Positions 38,156-48,353 of a stretch of 64,000 nucleotides of DNA are shown in pieces; position 1 is the stretch's first letter, and each line of letters opens with the position of its first letter. Where the stretch lies: positions 29,994 through 93,993 of the forward strand of contig JAHISJ010000026.1 of NCBI GenBank assembly GCA_018818205.1, read 5' to 3'. This DNA is from Patescibacteria group bacterium (GTDB taxonomy: Bacteria > Patescibacteriota > JABMPQ01 > JAHIRA01). The notes below the pieces were generated by a model. That model made no database searches. It was not told the DNA's origin and saw nothing but the letters and a program-made list of their open reading frames with translations. Both the position numbers and the translations under genes were made by a program.

Positions 38156-39445
38156 ATGCAACCTTCAAAAACAGCGTTCATTATAGGCTCAGGATTTTCT
38201 AAAGATCTTTGTGGACTACCTACCTTAACTGGCGAAAATAGCTTAAGTTCATTAGTTATTGAAAAACTTCAAGAACATGAAAACGAATCAGTCAAACTAT
38301 TCATTAATAGTATCTCAAGCGAAATAAAGGATAACATTGAACACTTAATGAGCTATCTTATCCAGGATAATCCATGGTCAAATGAAACAGAAAAGCACTT
38401 AGCAAAAGCCTCGTATCATGTAATTACGGATTTAATACATAAAGTACTTGATGAAAATGATCAGGAACTGAAAACTGAAGAAGAATACATTCAACAACTT
38501 TTTTCATTTTGGCACAAATATGAAACTGACGTCATTAGTTTTAATTATGATACTTTAATTGAAAAATATACTCAAAAATTCTTAAAAGTGAAAAAGGTAG
38601 AAACCCCTGAAAATAAAAGAAATGCAATAAAAACAGTACTCATAATAGCTGACGAGCATAATAAATTAGCACAAGAAAAAGAAATACATATCTATAAAAA
38701 AAACAACATACGTTATATTTACTTAAAAAATAGAAGTATAGTAACTGATGGATTGCTCTCTCAAATTCATAGTAAACTTTACGGAGAAACTGCTCCAGAA
38801 AAGTCTAGTTATATAAACCCTTTGATAAATAAGTTGAAAGAAAAAGTAACTCTCAAAGATATTTATCAGATTCCTATACCTAATGTTAATGAAAGAGTAG
38901 GAGGTCTGTGGCTAAATAGCAGTAGAAATAACTCATTAAAACTTCTAAAACTGCATGGATCAACAAACTGGCTTTATTCAGGTGACGAAAATCTTACTGG
39001 TGAAGATATTCGTCATATTCCTCTTGATCGAAAATCAAGCAAAATAAGCCTCTCTGGTCTTGTTAGGTATATTATTCCTCCAGTCTTAGATAAAAGTCCT
39101 TTTTATAAAAACAATTCTTTAAAAACCCAATGGACTAAAGCAAGAGAAGCGCTCGAAACTGCCAATGATATTATTATTATTGGATATTCTTTCCCAGAAA
39201 CAGATCTCTCAACAAGATTCATGATCCAGCAAGCACTTAAAGAAAATAAAAAAGCAACTATACATCTAGTATCTAGACCACAAAAAGTAGTAGAAGGTGG
39301 AAAAGAAAAGAAACAAACAGAAGAAGAAATACGTGAAGAATCTGCAGAAAACTTGAAGGAGTTTTTAAAACATAACCTTATAAAAGTTTATGTTCCTGAA
39401 AAAAGTTCAATAGTTGAAACTTGTAAATTGCTTAAGAAAAAATAA
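38156..39445 (+). CDS. SIR2-like (SIR2_2-type) NAD-dependent protein, probable defence effector
   Basis: IIGSGFS, SFNYD, LKLHGS.NW, IIPP...K, IIIGYSF; AT-rich, adjacent to a tRNA. Confidence 0.85.
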   Translation: MQPSKTAFIIGSGFSKDLCGLPTLTGENSLSSLVIEKLQEHENESVKLFINSISSEIKDNIEHLMSYLIQDNPWSNETEKHLAKASYHVITDLIHKVLDENDQELKTEEEYIQQLFSFWHKYETDVISFNYDTLIEKYTQKFLKVKKVETPENKRNAIKTVLIIADEHNKLAQEKEIHIYKKNNIRYIYLKNRSIVTDGLLSQIHSKLYGETAPEKSSYINPLINKLKEKVTLKDIYQIPIPNVNERVGGLWLNSSRNNSLKLLKLHGSTNWLYSGDENLTGEDIRHIPLDRKSSKISLSGLVRYIIPPVLDKSPFYKNNSLKTQWTKAREALETANDIIIIGYSFPETDLSTRFMIQQALKENKKATIHLVSRPQKVVEGGKEKKQTEEEIREESAENLKEFLKHNLIKVYVPEKSSIVETCKLLKKK

Positions 39446-39480
39446 CAAACAAAAAAAACGGACATCATCCGTATTCTTTG

Positions 39481-39556
39481 TGGTGGGCGTTAAAGGATTC
39501 GAACCTTTGACCTTCTCCTTAAAAGGGAGCTGCTCTACCAACTGAGCTAAACGCCC
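39481..39556 (-). tRNA. tRNA-Lys (UUU)
   Basis: GGGCGTTTAGCTCAGTTGGTAGAGC...CTTTTAA...GGTTCGAATCC...CGCCCACCA cloverleaf with encoded CCA. Confidence 0.96.
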
Positions 39557-39659
39557 AAAATCTTTAATACAAAAAGTGTACCAAATACGAATCGTCAAAT
39601 CAAGTCTTTACGTAAAAATAGCCCAGCTTTGGGCTATTTAAAAGTACGATCATTCCCTA

Positions 39660-40184
39660 TTAAACTTCCCGTGGCTCACTATACTTTACCAAATACATTG
39701 CACCAATAGGCGCAACTAGCCACGCAAAATGTCCAATCTCTGACGTAAATACCACGCGTGTCATTGATGACAAGTTCTCAACAACAGTTGTGGGCATAAA
39801 AGAAAGGACAATACTAATAAACAGACCAACATGTAAGATACTAAAGAGCACCACAATAGGTAAGCTTGTTTTTGCACTTAAGGTAGTAAAAAGTCCCATA
39901 CGAGAAAACAAAAAGAAAAGAGCAACAATAAACACGAGCAACACCAGTGTTCTCATAACAAACACCGGTCCAAGATTGAACTTTTGTGACATTTTCTCAT
40001 TAATAAACGGCAAGTTGCTCGAGACAGCAAACGCAATATAGATACTGACCAAAATAACGAGGATTCGTTCTCTACCGAGTGAAAGACCATACACAAATAC
40101 TGAGATCACAAAAAACAAACCAATGAAAAGGTCCCACGTAGGAACACCCCAATTTAACCCTGTAAGTACTCCGGACGGATCCAT
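39660..40184 (-). CDS. Polytopic membrane protein (CvpA-like)
   Basis: About five hydrophobic helices; PTWDLFI...YGLSLGR. Confidence 0.7.
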   Translation of the reverse strand: MDPSGVLTGLNWGVPTWDLFIGLFFVISVFVYGLSLGRERILVILVSIYIAFAVSSNLPFINEKMSQKFNLGPVFVMRTLVLLVFIVALFFLFSRMGLFTTLSAKTSLPIVVLFSILHVGLFISIVLSFMPTTVVENLSSMTRVVFTSEIGHFAWLVAPIGAMYLVKYSEPREV

Positions 40185-40289
40185 GAATGTACTCCTTCGT
40201 TTTTTATTTTTCTAAAAAACCTATCTACATAAAACAGCATAGCACAGTAAGGAAGAAAAAGAAATCCACACTTAGGATTTCAACAAGCA

Positions 40290-40394
40290 TGTCATTCCGG
40301 ACAGTCATTCTTATGGCTGAGCCGGAATCTCGTTTTTTCTCTTGTAAGCTACGAGATCCCGGATAATCATTCAGAAATGATTTCCGGGATGACA
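40290..40394. repeat. Intergenic palindromic element of the GTCATTCC...GGATGAC type
   Basis: TGTCATTCCGGA...CCGGAATCTCG...CGAGATCCCGGA...TCCGGGATGACA with nested inverted repeats. Confidence 0.8.
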
Positions 40395-40435
40395 GAGAAG
40401 ACGTTTTTCAAAGTAGAGAAATCAACAAGTCTAAA

Positions 40436-41557
40436 TTATGAAAACAGTTTAGACCAGAAGCTTTTTTCTTTTACAACACTTGTCTCGCCTTCTTCTTTTT
40501 GGAGAGCTTTAACAAGTTCTTTCTCTTTTTTGGTCAGCTTTCTTGGTGTTACTACATTGACGTGAACTCTGAGATCTCCTACTCGACCGGTACTGGGATT
40601 TTGAAAGCCTTTATCCGAGAGTCTATGAATATACCCTGATTGTGTTCCCGGTTCAATAGCAACTTCTAGTGTTTCATCAAAATAAGTAAGCTCTACCGCA
40701 CTCCCAAGCGCTGCCTGTGTAAAACTAATAGGTAAGAGTGCTACCAAATCATCACCATCTCTATCAAGTTTTTTATGCTTTTGTACATGAACCGTTGCAT
40801 AGAGATTGCCCGGTGAGCCACCACTTCTACCAGCTTCACCTTTGCCTGGAATCTCGATTGTTTGGCCATCTGCAATACCTTTTGGTACCGCAATAGAAAC
40901 ATCAACATCTGCATTTACTCTTCCATCTCCACCACACGTAGTACAGGGAGTTTTTGGCTTTTTACCTTCGCCTTTACAAGATGGACATGTTTTTGATTGG
41001 GCAAACGCCCCTAACACTGTCTGCATCTGTTGGGTAACCTTGCCTGCACCGTTACACGTACTACAGGTCTCAATGGGAGTCCCCGGCTCAGCGCCGTTCC
41101 CGTGACAGTTTTCACATGACGTTCGTTTATATAAACTGACATCTCGCTTTACACCAAAATATGATTCTTTAAACGAGATAGTAAGATCGACTTTAATATC
41201 ACTCCCTTGAACCGCACCACTTTGACTTCTCCGTCTCCCTCCACCAAAAAAGTCATCAAAGATGCTACTGAAATCAAAACCCTCGAAGTTTGCATTAAAC
41301 CCTTGTGCTCCACCAAAACCAGCACCACCTCCGGGCGCGCCTGCTTGATCAAACGTTTGGCCATATTGATCATACTGCTGCCGTTTTTGGTTATCAGAAA
41401 GAACCTGATACGCTGAGTTTATCTCTTTAAATTTTTCCTCGTCTCCATCTTTTTTGTCAGGATGATATTTGTGGGCGAGTTTTCTATACGCCTTTTTTAT
41501 CTCATCGTCTGACGCGTCTTTGGAGACGCCGAGGGTGTTGTAGTGGTCGTTTGGCAT
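40436..41557 (-). CDS. dnaJ: Chaperone DnaJ
   Basis: J-domain HPD, G/F-rich region, four CxxCxGxG repeats. Confidence 0.98.
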   Translation of the reverse strand: MPNDHYNTLGVSKDASDDEIKKAYRKLAHKYHPDKKDGDEEKFKEINSAYQVLSDNQKRQQYDQYGQTFDQAGAPGGGAGFGGAQGFNANFEGFDFSSIFDDFFGGGRRRSQSGAVQGSDIKVDLTISFKESYFGVKRDVSLYKRTSCENCHGNGAEPGTPIETCSTCNGAGKVTQQMQTVLGAFAQSKTCPSCKGEGKKPKTPCTTCGGDGRVNADVDVSIAVPKGIADGQTIEIPGKGEAGRSGGSPGNLYATVHVQKHKKLDRDGDDLVALLPISFTQAALGSAVELTYFDETLEVAIEPGTQSGYIHRLSDKGFQNPSTGRVGDLRVHVNVVTPRKLTKKEKELVKALQKEEGETSVVKEKSFWSKLFS

Positions 41558-41586
41558 GGAATAATGTTAGGGGAAAATGGGGGTTG

Positions 41587-41651
41587 TGTAAAGACGGGTT
41601 TCAAGCCCGTCTTCAAAACCAGTCAGGGCGCCCACAAGGGGCGCCCCTACA
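41587..41651. repeat. Pair of GTAG-type REP-like palindromes between dnaK and dnaJ
   Basis: TGTAAAGACGGGTTTCAAGCCCGTCTT and AGGGCGCCCACAAGGGGCGCCCCTACA. Confidence 0.8.
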
Positions 41652-41663
41652 TACCGCCAAAAG

Positions 41664-44139
<2,476 letters not shown>

Positions 44140-44144
44140 TGAGC

Positions 44145-44888
44145 TTAAATTAATGTAAACGAGATAAGAAGAACGAGCGACCCTCCACTGAGCAGTTTAG
44201 AAAGATAACTCACCAAAGAAATGTTTTTATCGTAACGCATTCTCTTTGGTCCAAGCACCGCAATCACACCATGTTCACCATTTGGCAATTCAAACTCTGA
44301 AATCAGCAGGGAACATTTGTTCATCTCTGAAACGGGGTTTTCTGAACCAATGAATGTCTGTACCTGCCGCTCCTTTGGCTTATGGTCAAGTAAAACATCT
44401 ACCGTATCTTCAAATTGATCAAGTGCCTCACACACAGACGCAACTTCCCTTTTATCCTCAAACTCAGGCTGATCCAAGAGCTTTTGAAGCCCTGACGTTG
44501 CGTACTCTTCTTGCTCTTTGATTCCTGACACCACCATGCTTTGTGAGTGCAAAGATAGAAGCTTTGCCGTAACACGCGCAAGCCGCTTGTATTGAGCCTG
44601 CAATTTTAAGAGATCTGACTGAAGTTTAACTTGATCTTCTTTGGAAAGCGATTTGCCTTCCATAAGTAAGTTCACATAATACCGATATCCTTTGTCAGTT
44701 GGCACACGCCCCGCCGAAGTGTGAGGCTGGTAAATATACCCTTCCTTCTCTAACGCTGACATCTCATTTCTCACCGTTGCCGGCGAACAATCGAGTTTTT
44801 CAGCAAGCATCTTAGACCCTACTGGTAACGCAGTTTTTACGTAATATTCGATAATATAATGTAAAATTGTTTCTTGCCGAGTGGTCAT
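44145..44888 (-). CDS. hrcA: Heat-inducible repressor HrcA (short form)
   Basis: RQETIL, PVGSK, SPATVRNEM, QPHTSAGRVPTDKGYRYYV, GPKRMRY; start at the ATG at 44888, downstream of CIRCE. Confidence 0.95.
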   Translation of the reverse strand: MTTRQETILHYIIEYYVKTALPVGSKMLAEKLDCSPATVRNEMSALEKEGYIYQPHTSAGRVPTDKGYRYYVNLLMEGKSLSKEDQVKLQSDLLKLQAQYKRLARVTAKLLSLHSQSMVVSGIKEQEEYATSGLQKLLDQPEFEDKREVASVCEALDQFEDTVDVLLDHKPKERQVQTFIGSENPVSEMNKCSLLISEFELPNGEHGVIAVLGPKRMRYDKNISLVSYLSKLLSGGSLVLLISFTLI

Positions 44889-44897
44889 ATTAGTGAC

Positions 44898-44924
44898 TTG
44901 GCACTCCTCTACCGAGAGTGCTAA
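44898..44924. promoter_or_regulatory. CIRCE operator
   Basis: TTGGCACTC-N9-GAGTGCTAA, one mismatch to consensus; TTGACA-16 nt-TACTAT promoter just upstream on the minus strand. Confidence 0.95.
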
Positions 44925-44979
44925 TTTCATAGTAGCGTGTTCTGCTTATTTGTCAAGTGTGGATGAAATAAGTCAAAAG

Positions 44980-45019
44980 ACTTGACAAAACAAAATATAT
45001 GATGTATAAAGTAAGGCAC
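44980..45019 (+). promoter_or_regulatory. Cassette promoter 1 (duplicated at 45861-45900)
   Basis: TTGACA-17 nt-TATAAA; 37/40 nt identical to 45861-45900. Confidence 0.85.
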
Positions 45020-45065
45020 ATTTCGTGCGTTTCATATATGTTCATTTTTCAAAAGGAGAGGAAAA

Positions 45066-45659
45066 TTGATGAAATTCAATTTCCGATTTTTATTGATTAG
45101 CATATTCTTCGTAGGCCTCATTGTAGTGACCTTCTCTGGATGTAAAGACAAATCCAGTTTTGATTTGAAACCCTTTGCAAAGGGTTACAAACATCGTTTA
45201 AAGGTCATCACCAAATTGACATACGCCAAAGTTATTTACGAACTTGGCAAATCCACTGAAAATGAATTTGTAAATTATCCGTGGAGCAGCAGACTTCTTG
45301 TTAAAAGCTTAAAGCGGGACTTCGCCCATGGTGGACGCAGAATTATGAGTCTTGAACGCCTCGGCACACGCCTTGGTGGAGTTATTGAATACTTAAGAAG
45401 AGATTCCAGAACAAAACATATTTTGCAGCCATTACTTTGGAATCTTTACAAAATGCGTGACAAGGCGTATTACACTTACGACAATGCAAAATTCTGGAAA
45501 GAGTTTGATACATTCAAGAAAAAATTTCTCTCATTCAAACAATGCTTTCATGATAGATTTTGTAAAGCAAACCAACTTTGTTGTGTCAATTTAATCTGCA
45601 TTGAAAAAAAATACTTTCCAGGCTACAGAAAGCCTGCATCGAGACCGGTCAAGAAATAA
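45066..45659 (+). CDS. Orphan basic lipoprotein with a C-terminal Cys cluster
   Basis: Signal peptide with lipobox-like FSGC; CFHDRFCKANQLCCVNLIC; AAGGAG SD. Confidence 0.75.
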   Translation: MMKFNFRFLLISIFFVGLIVVTFSGCKDKSSFDLKPFAKGYKHRLKVITKLTYAKVIYELGKSTENEFVNYPWSSRLLVKSLKRDFAHGGRRIMSLERLGTRLGGVIEYLRRDSRTKHILQPLLWNLYKMRDKAYYTYDNAKFWKEFDTFKKKFLSFKQCFHDRFCKANQLCCVNLICIEKKYFPGYRKPASRPVKK

Positions 45660-45694
45660 GACTGGTCATAAATTGTACAAAAATTAATTGTACA

Positions 45695-45731
45695 GACTCC
45701 CCTTCTACCAGCTTGGTGGATAGGGGTTTTT
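45695..45731 (+). terminator. Intrinsic terminator of cassette 1
   Basis: GACTCCCCTTCTACCAGCTTGGTGGATAGGGGTTTTT. Confidence 0.7.
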
Positions 45732-45748
45732 GTTTTGGGAAATTCTTA

Positions 45749-45850
45749 CCCCCTCCCCTTTACTAAGGGGAGGGTTAGGGTGGGGTTCTTTCTACGCTAT
45801 ACTTACATACACCCCCTCCTAACCTCCCCCTTGGAAAAGGGGGAGGGACC
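45749..45850. repeat. CCCCTCC-type palindromic intergenic repeat, copy 1
   Basis: CCCCTCCCCTTTACTAAGGGGAGGGTTAGGGTGGGG...CCCCTCCTAACCTCCCCCTTGGAAAAGGGGGAGG; repeated at 46690-46790. Confidence 0.85.
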
Positions 45851-45860
45851 ATAACAAATC

Positions 45861-45900
45861 ACTTGACAAAACAAAACATATAGTGTATAAAGTAAGGCAC
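45861..45900 (+). promoter_or_regulatory. Cassette promoter 2
   Basis: TTGACA-17 nt-TATAAA; duplicate of 44980-45019. Confidence 0.85.
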
Positions 45901-45939
45901 TTATTGTGCATTCACACGTTCTTTTTCAAGGAGTGAAAA

Positions 45940-46320
45940 ATGAAAAATACTCTAAAAAAAATTATTGAGCTTATTGCAGTGATAATTCTTGGAATTCCAG
46001 CAGTTATCATTTTGTTTTTGGCATTAATCGCTTACTATGGTTTGACCATTGGAATTATTCCGTACGGCATTTGCATTGCTACTTCTAACTATATTACTGC
46101 AAATCCCATTATTATTGGCTTTATGGCTATGTGTGGCATCCTTCTTGAACTATTGTTTTTTGTAGTATACAAAGGCGAATTCTACGAACCCTCAGGTAAT
46201 CACCACAGTGCGTATTGGAAAAATGGCACTGCAGAATTTATCTGGGAAGCTTATTTTTGGATTCCAAGTAGATTGGATGATCTGTTTTGTTGGCTTTCTG
46301 ACAGGAAGGAGAAAACATGA
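45940..46320 (+). CDS. Orphan membrane protein
   Basis: Two to three hydrophobic helices; AAGGAGTG SD. Confidence 0.7.
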   Translation: MKNTLKKIIELIAVIILGIPAVIILFLALIAYYGLTIGIIPYGICIATSNYITANPIIIGFMAMCGILLELLFFVVYKGEFYEPSGNHHSAYWKNGTAEFIWEAYFWIPSRLDDLFCWLSDRKEKT

Positions 46321-46589
46321 ACAAACTAATACTAGCAACTATCGTACTTATTCTGTCCATTCATTCTATGTTTTGTGACAAAAAACCACAATTCGACCAA
46401 AAAACATTGTCAAGTAGCAAAAAAATTAATTATTCCAAAGTTAAAAAGGTGAAACCTAAAATTAAGCCAACGTCATTGCCTTCAAATAGTTATCACAAAA
46501 AAGAATGTGACGATGACTGCGATTGCCCCGAATCAAAACCCTATTGTTTGGAACATGATTGCGTGAAGGATAAGCCTGAACGCAAATAA
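46317..46589 (+). CDS. Small secreted Cys-rich protein
   Basis: Signal peptide, Lys-rich linker, ECDDDCDCPESKPYCLEHDCV; AAGGAG SD; ATGA overlap with the upstream gene. Confidence 0.75.
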   Translation: MNKLILATIVLILSIHSMFCDKKPQFDQKTLSSSKKINYSKVKKVKPKIKPTSLPSNSYHKKECDDDCDCPESKPYCLEHDCVKDKPERK

Positions 46590-46624
46590 GTTCAAAAAAG
46601 AATTGAAAAACGATTAACACGAGA

Positions 46625-46658
46625 GACTCCCATCTGCCACCGGCGGATTGGGAGTTTT
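46625..46658 (+). terminator. Intrinsic terminator of cassette 2
   Basis: GACTCCCATCTGCCACCGGCGGATTGGGAGTTTT; similar to the cassette 1 terminator. Confidence 0.7.
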
Positions 46659-46689
46659 ATTTTGGAAAAAATATATGGACATATAGAAC

Positions 46690-46790
46690 GGTCCCCTCCC
46701 CTTTACTAAGGGAAGGGTTAGGTTGGGGTTCTTTTTTGTATCACACACCATACACCCCCTCCTAACCTCCCCCTTGGAAAAGGGGGAGGA
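46690..46790. repeat. CCCCTCC-type palindromic intergenic repeat, copy 2
   Basis: Both arms near-identical to 45749-45850; central spacer differs. Confidence 0.85.
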
Positions 46791-46805
46791 ATAACCCCAA
46801 AAAAC

Positions 46806-46834
46806 TTGACAAAACCAAATATTACATGTATTAT
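46806..46834 (+). promoter_or_regulatory. Cassette promoter 3
   Basis: TTGACA-17 nt-TATTAT, with the same ACTTGACAAAAC context as promoters 1 and 2. Confidence 0.7.
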
Positions 46835-46873
46835 GATTAGCTTTAATTGTTATTTCCAAAATAGGAGGAAAAG

Positions 46874-47428
46874 GTGAAAAAACTCGTTTTTTTATCATTT
46901 TTTTTATTTGTATTCTGTTCAAACGCCATTGCTGAAAATCACCAATTGACCAAATGGCATGTTAGTATTGGAAACAGCTTTCTTCTTGATGACGCACTGA
47001 GAGTGTATACGCTTGTTGGACTTAAAGCATCGTTTGGCTACTCGTGGGAGCGCTTCAGCACCGAACTTGAGATTACTTGGGCAGCTCCCCCCAATGAACA
47101 AATTACCAGACACGGTCTTACTTTAGAGATTCCCTTTCTCTTCTACGCATTTCGATACGAAACGGCGAAGCAACTATTTCACGTTCGTACCGGTATAAGC
47201 GTCATCGGAGGGTTAGGAATTACCAGCAGAGTTAAAACCGGAAGCGTGGGGATGTCGCTGCTCATTGGCGACGTTGGATTCAGCATAGTAAAGATTGGTA
47301 AAGGATTTCTTATGTGGAGAACACAGCTTGGGTATAGTCCCATTGAGTTTGCTTTCCACACAAGTGGTTTGATTGTATTAGCACTATTTAGAATTGACCT
47401 TCACTTCTCACTGGAATACCGGTGGTAA
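46874..47428 (+). CDS. Orphan secreted protein with outer-membrane beta-barrel-like features
   Basis: Signal peptide ending AIA; alternating amphipathic strands; C-terminus LHFSLEYRW; AGGAGG SD. Confidence 0.65.
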   Translation: MKKLVFLSFFLFVFCSNAIAENHQLTKWHVSIGNSFLLDDALRVYTLVGLKASFGYSWERFSTELEITWAAPPNEQITRHGLTLEIPFLFYAFRYETAKQLFHVRTGISVIGGLGITSRVKTGSVGMSLLIGDVGFSIVKIGKGFLMWRTQLGYSPIEFAFHTSGLIVLALFRIDLHFSLEYRW

Positions 47429-47446
47429 GAATATAACAATAATTTC

Positions 47447-47483
47447 GGCAGCACGCTCCATTAGAGCCTCGCTGTCTTTTTTT
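47447..47483 (+). terminator. Intrinsic terminator of cassette 3
   Basis: GGCAGC-ACGCTCCATTAGAGCCTC-GCTGTC-TTTTTTT. Confidence 0.65.
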
Positions 47484-47551
47484 GTTTAAAACAGCGTATT
47501 GCCACTCTTAAATTTACACATACAAAATAGAGTAACCTAAATCAAAAAACC

Positions 47552-47580
47552 TTGACAAATATATAATAGTATGCTATAAT
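47552..47580 (+). promoter_or_regulatory. Consensus extended -10 sigma70 promoter driving the structured RNA
   Basis: TTGACA-17 nt-TATAAT with TG at the extended -10 position (TGcTATAAT). Confidence 0.85.
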
Positions 47581-47585
47581 GTTCT

Positions 47586-48339
47586 CGCTAAAGATCACTA
47601 TGTGTTCTTAGCGTATTACACCATGATTTACATCATGTCTGTTTAACCCTCCGGACTTCTCTCCTCCTTTCTTCTTTATTACTGAACCAATTGTTTTGTT
47701 TCTTGGTTGTTTGAGCAAAACTCAAATAACTAAACGTACAAAAGAATTGCACCTAGCATACTTTTTGGAGGACTAAAGAATACGTGTCTTGGCGACCTGT
47801 GGCCTTGTGGTGATCCACAAGTCTACAGTTTGCCAAGACACAGACCCGACAAGTAAACGGAGGTGACCCTTGTCATTATTATCAAACGCCATTTTCTTTT
47901 TTGTTGCATTACTTCAATTCGCTGGCGGGCTTACCACAACGGTAACCTGCTTCCGAGATCCGCTTTATCGCAATCTCGGGATCGAGGACATACGTTTCTC
48001 GATAGCGTTGATACGTTTTAGTATTGCGACTCTAGGAAATGATGGGTAGGCTGATATACATCATTATTTACATCACCCCTACCCCTGCAACCCTGGCATA
48101 CACTTTTGTGGTGAATGACAGAGTCAGCAGTGTATACAAAGGAGATATTGTGGGAGTTGCAATGATAATCCTCGGCTGCATGTATATGCGGCACGAGGTT
48201 TTGTGGGGAGTATTCATTGCCGTATTTGGCACAGTAGTACTCTTCGGAGAAGGTTTTTGTATTAAAGACCTTCTCCAAAAATAATGTCCCTCACAACAAA
48301 AACCATCCTAGCTTGTACGGTCAGGATGGTTCTTTTTTT
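47586..48339 (+). ncRNA. Putative large, highly structured RNA (~750 nt) of unrecognised family
   Basis: More than 12 helices found by eye, a perfect four-way junction at 47914-48011, many G-U pairs favouring the plus strand; bounded by a promoter and a terminator; no long ORF. Confidence 0.65.
48301..48339. terminator. Bidirectional intrinsic terminator
   Basis: AACCATCCT-13 nt-AGGATGGTT-CTTTTTTT, preceded by an A-tract. Confidence 0.8.
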
Positions 48340-48353
48340 GTTTATATTTCTCG

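Noticed and set aside
38069-39480. Integrative element at tRNA-Lys
   Set aside because: No integrase and no duplicated tRNA 3' end seen on the far side of the SIR2 gene
44889-44930. N-terminal extension of HrcA in the ORF track
   Set aside because: Runs through the CIRCE operator and -10 box; the ATG at 44888 fits HrcA
46614-46922. 102-aa minus-strand ORF (also 41543-41890 and 24133-24354)
   Set aside because: These translate palindromic repeats, promoters or antisense strands of real genes
48018-48278. 86-aa minus-strand ORF
   Set aside because: Antisense to the promoter-terminator unit, no SD or promoter, no recognisable protein features
47586-48339. tmRNA, SRP RNA or self-splicing intron
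   Set aside because: No tRNA-like ends or tag ending in ALAA, no SRP GGAA/AGCAG loop, no group II GUGCG start or domain V, no interrupted host gene; the unit has its own promoter and terminator
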